A stretch of 64,000 bases of DNA from Candidatus Komeilibacteria bacterium. Its GTDB lineage: Bacteria > Patescibacteriota > Patescibacteriia > UBA1558. Where the stretch lies: assembly GCA_048538235.1 (NCBI GenBank), contig JBLYPX010000001.1, positions 264,013-328,012 of the forward strand, given 5' to 3'. A model generated the notes under the pieces. It worked only from the letters and a program-made list of their open reading frames with translations. It was not told the origin of the DNA and searched no databases. Position 1 is the stretch's first letter, and each line of letters starts with the position of its first letter. This document shows positions 1 through 9,977 of this stretch, one piece after another. The position numbers and the translations under genes were made by a program.

Positions 1-30
1 GAGGCAGAAGAAGAGGAGCAGGATAGTTAA
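1..30 (+). CDS. Probable 3' end of an upstream gene (partial)
   Basis: Frame 1 reads EAEEEEQDS* and ends at the TTAA shared with the convergent dusB stop; too short to identify. Confidence 0.3.
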   Translation, partial: EAEEEEQDS

Positions 31-962
31 TATTTTTTTAATATATTTTGTATATCTTTAAGAGTTGAAACTGCAACCAACTGTTTTTTTAATTCTTTAG
101 CTTGTTTATGGCCTTTAACATACCATAGTAAATGTTTGCGTAATTCAATTAAATTATCTTTATCTTTAACAGATAATTTAGCATGTTTAATAATAGCTTT
201 CTTCATTTGCTGCCAACTTAATTCTTTGTATGTATTTGTTTTTAAATATGATTTAATTTGCTTAAAAAGCCAAGGTTTACCCCAAGCGCCTTGAGCAATA
301 CCAATACCATCTACTTGTGTTTCTTCTAAAACTTTTTTAGCATCCTCTGGTGTATATATACCTCCATTGGCAAGTAATATTCCTTTATATATTTTTCTAA
401 CCTTTTTGACTTCTTCCCAATCAGGATCACCATTAAAGGCTTGTTCAAAACTGCGTCCATGAATCATAATAGCTTGAACAGGCAAATCTTTAATTCTTTC
501 AACCAGCATAGAGGCAGTAGTTTTACCTTTACTTTTCCTCATTTTAATAGAAACAGGTAAAGAAGTAGCCTCGCAAGTAGCTTTAATTATTTCATAAGCA
601 TTGTCTAAATTATCCATTAAAGTACAACCAGAATTATTTTGTACTACCTTCTTAGCTGGACAACCAAAATTAATATCTATGCCAGAAAAGCCTGCTTTCT
701 CTACGATCTTAGCTGCTTGAGCAAACTGTTTAGGATCAGAGCCAAATAATTGTAATACAACTGGTTTTTCTTTAGCTTTGAATTTAAGATAGCTTAAGGT
801 TTTTTTACCTTCATAACACAGACCTGCTGCAGATACCATTTCTGTATAAAGAACATCTGCGCCATATCTTTTACATATAATACGAAAACTGGAATCTGTG
901 ATTCCAGCCATTGGAGCTAAGGCTATTATTGGTTTATTTAATTTATTCCAAAAATTAGTCAT
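27..962 (-). CDS. dusB: tRNA-dihydrouridine synthase
   Basis: LAPMAGITD, TEMVS, QLFG, DINFGCP and IHGR motifs. Confidence 0.93.
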   Translation of the reverse strand: MTNFWNKLNKPIIALAPMAGITDSSFRIICKRYGADVLYTEMVSAAGLCYEGKKTLSYLKFKAKEKPVVLQLFGSDPKQFAQAAKIVEKAGFSGIDINFGCPAKKVVQNNSGCTLMDNLDNAYEIIKATCEATSLPVSIKMRKSKGKTTASMLVERIKDLPVQAIMIHGRSFEQAFNGDPDWEEVKKVRKIYKGILLANGGIYTPEDAKKVLEETQVDGIGIAQGAWGKPWLFKQIKSYLKTNTYKELSWQQMKKAIIKHAKLSVKDKDNLIELRKHLLWYVKGHKQAKELKKQLVAVSTLKDIQNILKKY

Positions 963-2328
963 GTTTAATTAATGTATATGATTCATTTGAATCATTAACA
1001 GTATATCCTTTATTTTCAATTTCATTTCTTAATTCATCTGCACGTGCCCAGTCTTTATTATTCTTTGCTTCTAAACGCATATCTGCTAATTTAATAATCT
1101 CTGCAGGAATTTTTACAGCTTTAGCACTTTTTAAATTAAGACCAAGCACTTCATCCATTTTAAGGATAGTGGCTTTTTTATCTTTATCTTCAATATTATC
1201 TTTTAATAAATCCCAAACAAGAGCTAAGGCCTTAGGAATATTTAAATCATTATTAATACTATCTGTAAACTTATCTATATATTCTTTATTAACCTTTCCT
1301 TTACCTTTAATACTAGCAATACGGTTTGTTAATTTATTTAAAGCAGATTGTGCAGCATTTAAAGCATCCCAAGAAAATTCTAAATGTTTAGAATAATGTG
1401 TTTGTAATGTTAAATATCTAAAGGCTAGGGGATTAATATTCTTTTTAATTAAATCATCTACAGTAATTGTTTCACCCGCTGACTTGGACATTTTACCTTC
1501 ACGCATAATTAAATGCTCAAAGTGTATCCAGTAATTTGCCATTTTTTTATCGTGTGCTGCTTCAGATTGAGCAATTTCATTAGTGTGATGTATTGGAATA
1601 TGCTCAATACCACCAGTATGAATGTCAAAAGGTTGTCCTAGTAAATCTGTTGAGATGACCGAACATTCTAAATGCCAACCAGGAAAGCCCATGCCCCAAG
1701 GTGAATTCCATTCCATGTCCCTTTGTTTGTCCTGTGGAGAGAATTTCCAAACAGCAAAGTCTGTAGAATTTTTCTTATCTGCCATTTCAATCCTAGCGCC
1801 AGCTTTTAACCCTGTGAGATCTTGTCCAGTTAGCTTGCCATAGTCTTTAAGTTTAGAAGTATCAAAATACAAACCATCTTTAGTTTTGTAAATATATCCT
1901 TTTTTTTCTAATTCCTTAACTAAATCTATTTGCTCCTTTATACAAGATGTTGCTCTTACATATTTATTCGGTGGTAATATATTTAATTTATCGCTATACC
2001 TTTTAAATATATCTGTATAAAATTTTGCAATATCCCAAGCAGATTTATTTTCTTTATCCTTAGCTTTTTCTAATTTATCTTCGCCAGTATCTCCGTCAGA
2101 TGTTAAATGACCAACATCTGTAATATTCATAATATGTTTAACTTTATACCCATTAAAGATAAACATGCGTTTAAGTAAGTCATTCATAATATATGATCGC
2201 ATATTGCCAATATGTGGGTAATCGTAAACTGTTGGACCACAAGAATAAAAGCCAACCCTATTTTTTTTAACAGGCTTAAACTCTTCTTTTTTCTTAGATA
2301 ATGTATTATTTAAATATATTTTATCCAT
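955..2328 (-). CDS. cysS: Cysteine--tRNA ligase
   Basis: CGPTVY..HIGN, PGWHLEC, KMSKS and C-terminal ADELR. Confidence 0.98.
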   Translation of the reverse strand: MDKIYLNNTLSKKKEEFKPVKKNRVGFYSCGPTVYDYPHIGNMRSYIMNDLLKRMFIFNGYKVKHIMNITDVGHLTSDGDTGEDKLEKAKDKENKSAWDIAKFYTDIFKRYSDKLNILPPNKYVRATSCIKEQIDLVKELEKKGYIYKTKDGLYFDTSKLKDYGKLTGQDLTGLKAGARIEMADKKNSTDFAVWKFSPQDKQRDMEWNSPWGMGFPGWHLECSVISTDLLGQPFDIHTGGIEHIPIHHTNEIAQSEAAHDKKMANYWIHFEHLIMREGKMSKSAGETITVDDLIKKNINPLAFRYLTLQTHYSKHLEFSWDALNAAQSALNKLTNRIASIKGKGKVNKEYIDKFTDSINNDLNIPKALALVWDLLKDNIEDKDKKATILKMDEVLGLNLKSAKAVKIPAEIIKLADMRLEAKNNKDWARADELRNEIENKGYTVNDSNESYTLIKHD

Positions 2329-2344
2329 ATGTATATTCTATACT

Positions 2345-2368
2345 AAAAAAGCCTCTATTTAAAGAGGC
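2345..2368 (-). terminator. Intrinsic terminator after corA
   Basis: GCCTCT/AGAGGC stem with adjacent A6 (U-tail on minus strand). Confidence 0.6.
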
Positions 2369-2390
2369 GAGTATTATTTAAGTTTTAAAA

Positions 2391-3317
2391 TTAAAGCCAT
2401 CTTTTACGTTTAAAATAATAGGCAAGAATTAGCATAAAGGTTGCCATAGCCCCTATTAATATCCAAAAACCATAAGGATGTTTAACAAGAGGCATGAATA
2501 CGGAATTCATTCCAAAGATTGAAGCCATAAGGTTAGCAGGAACAATAATAACAGAAATAACTGTTAATATTTTCATAATATCGTTTAACCTGAAAGATAT
2601 TAATGATTCATTGGTACTGTGTAAAGCTTCAATCGTTTCTCTGTGGTTATTCAATATATCCCAAATATCTTTTGTTTGTTCAAGTATATTTGCATAGTAA
2701 GTATCTATACTAGTTGGAATAAAGTATTTAGTATTTTTAGACATCAACTTCTTAATAACATTTTTATGGGCCTGCATTATCTTTCTGAAGTTTACAATAT
2801 TTCTTCTAACGATTAATATCTTTTCTACCATTTCTCTTTCATAACCCTCAAAGATACCTTTTTCTAGGAAGTCAATATCATCGCTGATGTGATCTAGCAT
2901 TGGAAAACAATACTCTTGTAGTCTGTTCAGTATCTCATAAAGCAATTTAGTAGGATTACCTTGCATGAATTTCTCACGCATTGTGTCATTTAGCTGACAT
3001 TGTTCAAAAAACTTTGTTAAAGGAGATAATTTATCTTTATTAACAGTTATTAAATACTCTGGACCAATAAAAAAGTTTACCTCTGCTGAAACAATTTCTT
3101 TTTTCTCCGGTACATAAATAGGGAAGGTGAGAATTAAAAATATATAGCTATGGTACTCATCTAGCTTTGGTCTTTGTGAAGGAGATAAACAATCTTCAAT
3201 GTCCAATGGATGAAAATCGTAATTCTCTCTTAAGTATTCAGCTTCAGAAGCCTCAAACTTATTGAAGTGTATCCAAGTAAGTCTGTTTGTTTTTATTTTA
3301 TTAACTGCGTTTAACAT
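2391..3317 (-). CDS. corA: CorA family Mg2+/Co2+ transporter
   Basis: FHPLDIED, QRPKLD, GMN signature and two C-terminal TM helices. Confidence 0.95.
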   Translation of the reverse strand: MLNAVNKIKTNRLTWIHFNKFEASEAEYLRENYDFHPLDIEDCLSPSQRPKLDEYHSYIFLILTFPIYVPEKKEIVSAEVNFFIGPEYLITVNKDKLSPLTKFFEQCQLNDTMREKFMQGNPTKLLYEILNRLQEYCFPMLDHISDDIDFLEKGIFEGYEREMVEKILIVRRNIVNFRKIMQAHKNVIKKLMSKNTKYFIPTSIDTYYANILEQTKDIWDILNNHRETIEALHSTNESLISFRLNDIMKILTVISVIIVPANLMASIFGMNSVFMPLVKHPYGFWILIGAMATFMLILAYYFKRKRWL

Positions 3318-3382
3318 AGCAATATTATACCATAATTTTACAAAGTCTTAAAAAAGTTGTGTTTTTTTGGTATAATATATGC

Positions 3383-3838
3383 ATGGAAAAAGAATTTATT
3401 AAATTTGAACAACCCGTATCTCCAGATAAGGTAAATGAGACAAAGGTTGAGGCAAAACCTGAAAAAGTTACTGAAAAAATTAGTGAACAGAGTAGTAATA
3501 CACCTGTTTCTGCTAAAAAGGTGGAACCTAAAGCAAAACCTGTAGCAAAACCCATTGCTAAAGATCCTCAAGTTCAAGAAATTGAGAATATATTAGCAGC
3601 TGGATTAGGTGATTACTATACTTCTCTTAATCCAGTTGAGCAGAAGAAATTTAAAGAATCTGGGGAAGAAGTAGCTAAAGAAGTAAATAGTATATTACAG
3701 AGAGCCGTTATTAAGGTTGAGGAAATAATTGGCGTTATTAGAAAGTGGCTCGGATCTGTGCCTGGTCTTAATAAATTTTTTGTTGAACAGTCTGCTAAAA
3801 TTAAAGCAGATAAAATATTAATTTCACGTAGGAAATAA
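3383..3838 (+). CDS. Hypothetical protein, translationally coupled to the downstream ATPase
   Basis: ATG 3383 follows TATAAT (3371-3376); stop overlaps next start (TAATG). Confidence 0.75.
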   Translation: MEKEFIKFEQPVSPDKVNETKVEAKPEKVTEKISEQSSNTPVSAKKVEPKAKPVAKPIAKDPQVQEIENILAAGLGDYYTSLNPVEQKKFKESGEEVAKEVNSILQRAVIKVEEIIGVIRKWLGSVPGLNKFFVEQSAKIKADKILISRRK

Positions 3839-6375
3839 TGAACCCAATTGAAGTACCAGAGAGTCAATATAATGTGGAAGTAGATACAAACTATTTCTTG
3901 TTTTTAATTATAGCTTTAGTAGTTCTAGCTATACTTTGGATTATTTTTAAACAAGTAATTAAATATATTAGAAAAAATAATAAATTCCCAGAGGAATGGC
4001 GACCAGTCGTTCTTTCTTTATCTGTACCTAAGATAAAAACAGAAGGAGAAGAAACAATACAAAAGAACCACGAAGCTATATCTATGGCAGAGAACTTGTT
4101 TTCTACCTTGGGTGGTTTAGAGGCGCAGCGTGGATTTAAAGCCTGGCTTTACGGTAGAACAGATGTCTTTTCTATGGAAATGGTTGCCAATAAAGGAATG
4201 ATTGAATTCTATTTAGCAGTACCACAGATTAATAAAGATTTTGTTGTTCAGCAATTACATGCAATCTATCCACATATTAATATAGATGTAATAGAGGACT
4301 ATAATATTTTTCAACCACAGAGTCATGTAGTGGCTGCGGCTTTAAAGTTTTCACGTGAATTCATTTTTCCAATAAAAACATATACAAAGTTAGAGAATGA
4401 TCCATTGAATATTATTACTACATCACTTGGTAAGATTGATGAAACAGAAGGTGCAGCAGTACAGCTTGTTATGCGTTCTGCATATAAGAAGTGGCACTAT
4501 ATGGGTAATAAAGTAGCTTCTACCATGCAGCAGGGTAAAAGTTTAGAAGAAGCTTTAGCATCTGTTGGTATGGGATCTAAATCCGGTAAGATTTTTAATT
4601 TTATTTTTAAATTAATAAAGGCAGCTAGTAATTCAGCTACTAGTGATGGTATGAACACTCCTCCTGTTAGACAAATATCTCCAATGGAACAGGAGCTTAT
4701 TAAAAATATTGAAGAAAAGTCAGCTAAGGCTGGGCTAGATGTTAATTTAAGAGTTATTGTTTCTGCAAATTCAGAACAGGTTGCAAATGCCAAGCTAAAT
4801 GACATGCTTAATTCTTTTGGACAGTTTAGTATGTTCCAACAAGGAAATAGTTTTAAGATTTGGCAACCAAAGAAACAAGTTAAGAGAGATAAAATAGTCC
4901 ATGACTATATTTACCGTAACTTTGATGAGAAGTATAAAATGATAATGAATACAGAAGAGGCGGTTTCATTGTGGCACATGCCATTACCAAATAATGCTAC
5001 GCCTAATATTCGTTGGCTTGGTGCTAAGAAAGCTGCTCCACCAGTTAACTTGCCAACTGAGGGTGTTATTTTAGGTAAGAGCGAGTATAGGGGGATAACA
5101 AGACAAATTAGATTAAAACGTGCAGATAGAAGACGTCATGTATATATTATTGGACAAACTGGTGTGGGTAAGTCTACTGTTATGAAGAATATGATGATAC
5201 AGGATATGCAGAATGGTGAGGGTTGTTGTGTTATTGATCCTCATGGAGATTTTGCAATGGACATGTTAAAAAATGTTCCTAAGGAAAGAGCTGAAGATGT
5301 AATCTACTTTAACCCAACAGATACAGAAAGACCATTAGCTCTTAATATGCTTGAGTATAATAGTCCGGAGCAAAAAACATTTGTTGTGAATGAGCTTTTG
5401 TCTATCTTTGACAAACTTTATGATTTAAAGGCTACTGGCGGTCCTATGTTTGAGCAATATATGCGTAATGCATTATTACTTATCATGGATGACCCAGAAT
5501 CTGGCATGACTTTGATGGAAATACCACGTGTGCTTGCAGATGAAGATTTTAGAGCATTAAAATTAAGTAAGTGTAAAAACCAGAGTGTTAAGGATTTTTG
5601 GGAGAAAGAAGCACAAAAGGCTGGTGGTGAAGCATCACTTGCTAATATGGTTCCATATATTACTAGTAAATTAACACCATTTATTGCTAATGATCTTATG
5701 AGACCTATTATTGCTCAACAAAAGAGTAGTATAGATTTTAGACAAGTAATGGATAATAACAAAATATTAATTGTTAATCTTACCAAAGGTAAATTAGGAG
5801 ACATTAATTCATCATTACTTGGTATGATTATTGTGGGTAAGATTTTACTTGCGTCTTTATCTAGAGTAGATATGGATGAAGACAAGAGAAAAGATTTCTA
5901 TCTTTACATTGATGAGTTCCAAAACTTTACAACAGATAGTATTGCTGTAATTTTATCTGAAGCTAGAAAGTATAAATTGAACTTAGTAATAGCTCATCAA
6001 TATATTGGTCAGCTGGTTAAGAATAATGACACAGCTATTCGTGATGCTGTCTTTGGTAATGTTGGCACAACTATTGCTTACAGGGTTGGCGTAGATGATG
6101 CAGAGATTTTAGCTAAGCAATTTGCTCCTGTATTTAATGAATATGATGTGGTTAATGTTCCAAAATATACAGCTTATGCAAAGATTTTAATAGATAATGC
6201 TAATCCACCAGCATTTAATATTTCTTTTGACAGAGAGCCAGAGGGTAAAAAAGAAATGGCAGATGCTGTTATTGAGCTATCTAGATTAAGATATGGTAGG
6301 GCAAAAGAAGAGATTGAAGCAGAAATTAAGCAAAGAGCTTCAGCAGCTGTAAATGTTTTGAAAAAAGAAGAGTAG
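3838..6375 (+). CDS. Membrane-anchored VirD4/TraD (HerA-FtsK superfamily) coupling-protein-like ATPase
   Basis: N-terminal TM; RRHVYIIGQTGVGKS Walker A, IDPHGD, LYIDEFQNF Walker B, SEARKY, AHQ. Confidence 0.88.
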   Translation: MNPIEVPESQYNVEVDTNYFLFLIIALVVLAILWIIFKQVIKYIRKNNKFPEEWRPVVLSLSVPKIKTEGEETIQKNHEAISMAENLFSTLGGLEAQRGFKAWLYGRTDVFSMEMVANKGMIEFYLAVPQINKDFVVQQLHAIYPHINIDVIEDYNIFQPQSHVVAAALKFSREFIFPIKTYTKLENDPLNIITTSLGKIDETEGAAVQLVMRSAYKKWHYMGNKVASTMQQGKSLEEALASVGMGSKSGKIFNFIFKLIKAASNSATSDGMNTPPVRQISPMEQELIKNIEEKSAKAGLDVNLRVIVSANSEQVANAKLNDMLNSFGQFSMFQQGNSFKIWQPKKQVKRDKIVHDYIYRNFDEKYKMIMNTEEAVSLWHMPLPNNATPNIRWLGAKKAAPPVNLPTEGVILGKSEYRGITRQIRLKRADRRRHVYIIGQTGVGKSTVMKNMMIQDMQNGEGCCVIDPHGDFAMDMLKNVPKERAEDVIYFNPTDTERPLALNMLEYNSPEQKTFVVNELLSIFDKLYDLKATGGPMFEQYMRNALLLIMDDPESGMTLMEIPRVLADEDFRALKLSKCKNQSVKDFWEKEAQKAGGEASLANMVPYITSKLTPFIANDLMRPIIAQQKSSIDFRQVMDNNKILIVNLTKGKLGDINSSLLGMIIVGKILLASLSRVDMDEDKRKDFYLYIDEFQNFTTDSIAVILSEARKYKLNLVIAHQYIGQLVKNNDTAIRDAVFGNVGTTIAYRVGVDDAEILAKQFAPVFNEYDVVNVPKYTAYAKILIDNANPPAFNISFDREPEGKKEMADAVIELSRLRYGRAKEEIEAEIKQRASAAVNVLKKEE

Positions 6376-6384
6376 TGCATTATT

Positions 6385-6436
6385 TGTGCATAAATACTTA
6401 ATTAGTCTGTATATAATGTGGGTAAATTTATCCACA
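6385..6436. promoter_or_regulatory. Cluster of four DnaA-box-like 9-mers
   Basis: TGTGCATAA 6385, TGTATATAA 6408, TGTGGGTAA 6417 and perfect TTATCCACA 6428. Confidence 0.5.
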
Positions 6437-6596
6437 TTTTTTATTTATTTTTTTAACTTAATTAAAAATATTAATAATATGCATTTTTTAGGCATAAATA
6501 GGGCTTTTGTTTATTTGACAAAATAAGATATAATAATGGTGAAAGTTAGAAAAACAAAACAAAAATAAACTAAAACTAAAATAAAACAATAAAATT

Positions 6597-7175
6597 ATGG
6601 AAGATGAAATAAAACAAAACAATCAGGATCAAGACATTGATCAAGAAGCAGTAAATGGAATCCAGTTAACTTTAGATAAAATTGAGTCTGAATTACAGAG
6701 AATAAAGTTAGAGTTATCTAAAGCAGGATTAACAACAGGCAGGAGTCCAGATTTTTCACCTAAGTTAAAGGAGTTAAGTGAAGAGATTACAGAGGATGAA
6801 AAGATAGTAGAGGGTGTATTTGATGGACAACAGATGATAGGGCCAGACGGTAAGAGATATTCCATACCTGCAAACTATATTTCTAAATCTAAATTAGTTG
6901 AGGGAGATATTTTAAAATTAAGAATTAGCGGCGATGGGTCGTTTATATACAAACAAATCGGACCAGTAGATAGGGATAGAAAAGTTGGTAAGCTGATCAA
7001 GGATGAAGAAGGTAATTATGGTGTAATGGTGGGTAATAAGTTGTATAAAGTGATAGTAGCAGCTGTAACATATTTCCATGGCTCAGAAGGTGAAGAAGCA
7101 GTTATTTTGGTACCAAAAGATACTGAAAGTCAGTGGGCTGCTATTGAGAATGTTATTAAATCTTCAAGCTCATAA
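6597..7175 (+). CDS. Hypothetical protein (coiled coil plus beta-rich domain; CPR-type family)
   Basis: 192-aa ORF with EGVFDGQ.M.G.DGK.Y.IPANY.SKSKLVEGD motif. Confidence 0.8.
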   Translation: MEDEIKQNNQDQDIDQEAVNGIQLTLDKIESELQRIKLELSKAGLTTGRSPDFSPKLKELSEEITEDEKIVEGVFDGQQMIGPDGKRYSIPANYISKSKLVEGDILKLRISGDGSFIYKQIGPVDRDRKVGKLIKDEEGNYGVMVGNKLYKVIVAAVTYFHGSEGEEAVILVPKDTESQWAAIENVIKSSSS

Positions 7176-7194
7176 TTTTTACAATATTTATATA

Positions 7195-7223
7195 TTAAAA
7201 GTCGGGAATGTCCCGACTTTTAA
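7195..7223 (+). terminator. Intrinsic terminator
   Basis: AAAAGTCGGGA-ATG-TCCCGACTTTT hairpin. Confidence 0.75.
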
Positions 7224-7266
7224 TTTTATAAAATATTTGCTACAATACGAATGCTAATTTCAATAT

Positions 7267-8880
7267 ATGCAGTCAAAAGAAACACTATATAATAAGTACA
7301 GACCTTCAACATTTGCTGATGTGGTTAACCAAAATCACATTAAGATTACGCTGCAAAATGAGGTGTCTAATAATAAGCTAGCTCACGCCTATATTTTTAA
7401 TGGACCAAGAGGTATTGGTAAAACAACCATTGCTAGACTACTTGCTAAAGTTGTTAACTGTGAAAATAGAAAAGAAGGGGAGTCAGAACCTTGTAACAAA
7501 TGCGAAGCGTGTAAAGAAGTAGATAGTGGAAAATCTTTATCTATGGTTGAAATAGATGCTGCTTCACAGACTAAGGTTGATCAAACAAGGGAAAATATTA
7601 TTGCTGCCTCTAGAATTTCTGCAAGCTCAGGTAAGACAAAGGTGTTTATTATAGATGAAGTACATATGTTATCTACAGCTTCATTTAATGCCTTACTTAA
7701 AACACTAGAAGAACCACCAGCTAAGGTTCTTTTTATTTTAGCTACTACTGAAATACATAAGGTACCAGAAACAATTATTTCACGTTGCCAGAGATTTGAT
7801 TACCATCGTTTATCTGTTACAGATCTTACTTCCTGGATGGAAGATATTTGTAAACAAGAAAAACGTGAAGTAAGTAAAGATGTTTTGCAAGCAATTGCTA
7901 AACAAGCAGATGGTGGTGCTAGAGATGCTTTAAGTATATTAGGCCAGGTTTTAACTTTATCTGAAGAAAAAATTAACTTTGATCATGCTTCACTAGTATT
8001 ACCAAGATCAGATATAAGGATAGTTTCAGATTTAACAGATTTTGTTATTAAAAGATCAGCAGCTGATGGTATTAATCTATTAAACAAATCTCTAATGGAA
8101 GGAGTTGATCTAAATCAATTAACAATGGATTGGATAGATTATCTACGTCAGTTATTATTATTTAAACTAGCCGCAGATAATAAGATACTACAGAATAATT
8201 TTGACAAAGAAGTGCAGAAAAAAATGACTTCTCAAACAGAACTTGTCTCTTCAGATCGTATAGTATTTATGTTAGATACATTATTACTTAAGTTTCAGCA
8301 GATTAAATTATCTTCTATACCACATCTGCCAATTGAATTAGCTATTGTAATAATGTGTGGAGAAGGGTTAGATATACCCCAGCCTCCTAAACAGGAAAAA
8401 CCAAAACAAGATAATATAGATCAACCAAAACAAGAAAAGCCTAAACAGGAAATACCTGAGATTAAGAGTGAAAAAGTGCCTGATCCGCCACCAGCTGTTA
8501 AGTCTAATTTAAAGCTAGACGATATCCAGCCGAAATGGCTGGACATTTTAATTGCATTGAAGGAATATAACCATTCTTTATCTGCTTTAATGAAAGTAGC
8601 AAGACCAGTTAGTTTTGAAAACAATATTTTAACATTTGGTTTTGAATATTCTTTTCATAGTGAAGTTTTAGCAGATGCTAATAAAAGACACGCCTTAGAA
8701 GAAATTATTAGTAAGCATTTAGGTGAAAAAATATCTATTGAAGGTATAGTTGATGAAGATTATAATAAAAGAAATGTTTGGCAAGTATTTATTGAAGAAG
8801 AAGCACCTATTGAAGAAAAACAAGAAGAAAAGCCAATTGAGCAAGACGTAGAGGTTGACGTCGCGGCTGCTTTTGGTTAA
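7267..8880 (+). CDS. dnaX: DNA polymerase III subunit gamma/tau
   Basis: KYRP, GPRGIGKTT, Zn-binding Cys, EIDAAS, IIDEVHML, FNALLKTLEEPP, SRCQ. Confidence 0.97.
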   Translation: MQSKETLYNKYRPSTFADVVNQNHIKITLQNEVSNNKLAHAYIFNGPRGIGKTTIARLLAKVVNCENRKEGESEPCNKCEACKEVDSGKSLSMVEIDAASQTKVDQTRENIIAASRISASSGKTKVFIIDEVHMLSTASFNALLKTLEEPPAKVLFILATTEIHKVPETIISRCQRFDYHRLSVTDLTSWMEDICKQEKREVSKDVLQAIAKQADGGARDALSILGQVLTLSEEKINFDHASLVLPRSDIRIVSDLTDFVIKRSAADGINLLNKSLMEGVDLNQLTMDWIDYLRQLLLFKLAADNKILQNNFDKEVQKKMTSQTELVSSDRIVFMLDTLLLKFQQIKLSSIPHLPIELAIVIMCGEGLDIPQPPKQEKPKQDNIDQPKQEKPKQEIPEIKSEKVPDPPPAVKSNLKLDDIQPKWLDILIALKEYNHSLSALMKVARPVSFENNILTFGFEYSFHSEVLADANKRHALEEIISKHLGEKISIEGIVDEDYNKRNVWQVFIEEEAPIEEKQEEKPIEQDVEVDVAAAFG

Positions 8881-8892
8881 TATATTTGTTGA

Positions 8893-8966
8893 TCGGAGGT
8901 CGTCTAATGGTAGGACAGCTGGTTCTGGTCCAGCCAATTGGGGTTCGAATCCCTGCCTCCGAACCA
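8893..8966 (+). tRNA. tRNA-Gln(CTG)
   Basis: Cloverleaf: TCGGAGG/CCTCCGA acceptor, GCTGG-TTCTGGT-CCAGC anticodon arm, GTTCGAATC T-loop, encoded CCA. Confidence 0.96.
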
Positions 8967-9020
8967 ACACAGTGTACAGTTAGTGTGACCTGTTCGTATT
9001 AGATATACGTAACGCTTTGC

Positions 9021-9051
9021 AAAAAAGCATCTTGATTTTGAGATGTTTTTT
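9021..9051 (+). terminator. Terminator after tRNA-Gln
   Basis: AAAAGCATCTT/GAGATGTTTT stem followed by T-run. Confidence 0.6.
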
Positions 9052-9134
9052 ATTTAGTATTGACACAATTTAGAAAATAGTGTAGTATTATTTGATATCA
9101 TTTTTGAACTTTAACAGAAAGAAGGGGTGATAAT

Positions 9135-9623
9135 ATGTCTACTTATTATGAAATACTAGGTGTCAATCATACTGCCTCTTCTAAAGAAATAAAACAAGCA
9201 TTTAGGAGAAAGGCACACAAGTGTCATCCAGACAAGCCTGATGGAAGTGATGAGAAGTTTCGGATACTTAACGAAGCCTATCAGACACTTTTTGATAATG
9301 CAAAGAGAAAGGCATACGATGAGATGTTGCATACCTCTTCTGCATCAAAAGGTCGTAGAGTAAAAGAAGAGAGGAAAGAAAAAGAGGGCAGAGATAAAAC
9401 TTCTTGGCAACACGGCTCACCTAATAAAGAACATGGAAGTAGTGGCAAACAAAGACGAGCCAAATCATGGCATGAGCCTGAGGTTGATACTAATCAAAAG
9501 GTAAATCTTCCCCATGGACGTGAGTATTGTCATGAATGTAATGGATTTGGATTCAATATGGTAGCTGGCAATGTTCACTTTGGTTGCATGAGGTGCGAAA
9601 GTACCGGGCTAGAACCCATTTAA
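9135..9623 (+). CDS. J-domain protein with C-terminal DnaJ-type Cys motifs
   Basis: YYEILGV...HPDK J-domain; CHECNGFG and CMRCESTG; own TTGACA-17-TAGTAT promoter and purine-rich SD. Confidence 0.85.
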   Translation: MSTYYEILGVNHTASSKEIKQAFRRKAHKCHPDKPDGSDEKFRILNEAYQTLFDNAKRKAYDEMLHTSSASKGRRVKEERKEKEGRDKTSWQHGSPNKEHGSSGKQRRAKSWHEPEVDTNQKVNLPHGREYCHECNGFGFNMVAGNVHFGCMRCESTGLEPI

Positions 9624-9977
9624 CAAAAGGTCTATAAATAAATAAAAGAGTTTGACCAGCTCTTTTTTGTTTATGAATATGTGCTATTGATGATAATTTG
9701 AATTATTAAGCAATTGTTTGTAAAAATAATAGAGCAGTAAAAATAAATTGGAGGGTGTATTGGTGGGTGGGGTTATTTTATATTTTTTAATTTGTTTGTT
9801 TTTATATAAGGTTATAATATCGTTAACTTTGTGTGAGTAGAAAAATCCCATATGGGATTTTTTTATTTTCACCCGTTACATTTGACAAGAAATAGAAGTG
9901 GTGCTAAGTTGCTCTATTAAGCCGTCGTGAATATTAGCGCCGTCGCTTAATACTAAAAAGGGTACAATTTCATAAAA

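Noticed and set aside
3838-6375. Conjugative element or ICE
   Set aside because: No relaxase, VirB4, integrase or att repeats; flanked by housekeeping genes
8214-8230. dnaX programmed frameshift or slippage site
   Set aside because: Only an A7 run inside domain III, with no evident stimulatory hairpin or SD; not where a gamma C-terminus is expected
8384-8450. PKQEKPKQ duplication in dnaX
   Set aside because: Ordinary low-complexity linker variation
8893-9900. Integrated element at tRNA-Gln (likewise tRNA-Glu at 37985)
   Set aside because: No integrase and no duplicated tRNA 3' end seen downstream
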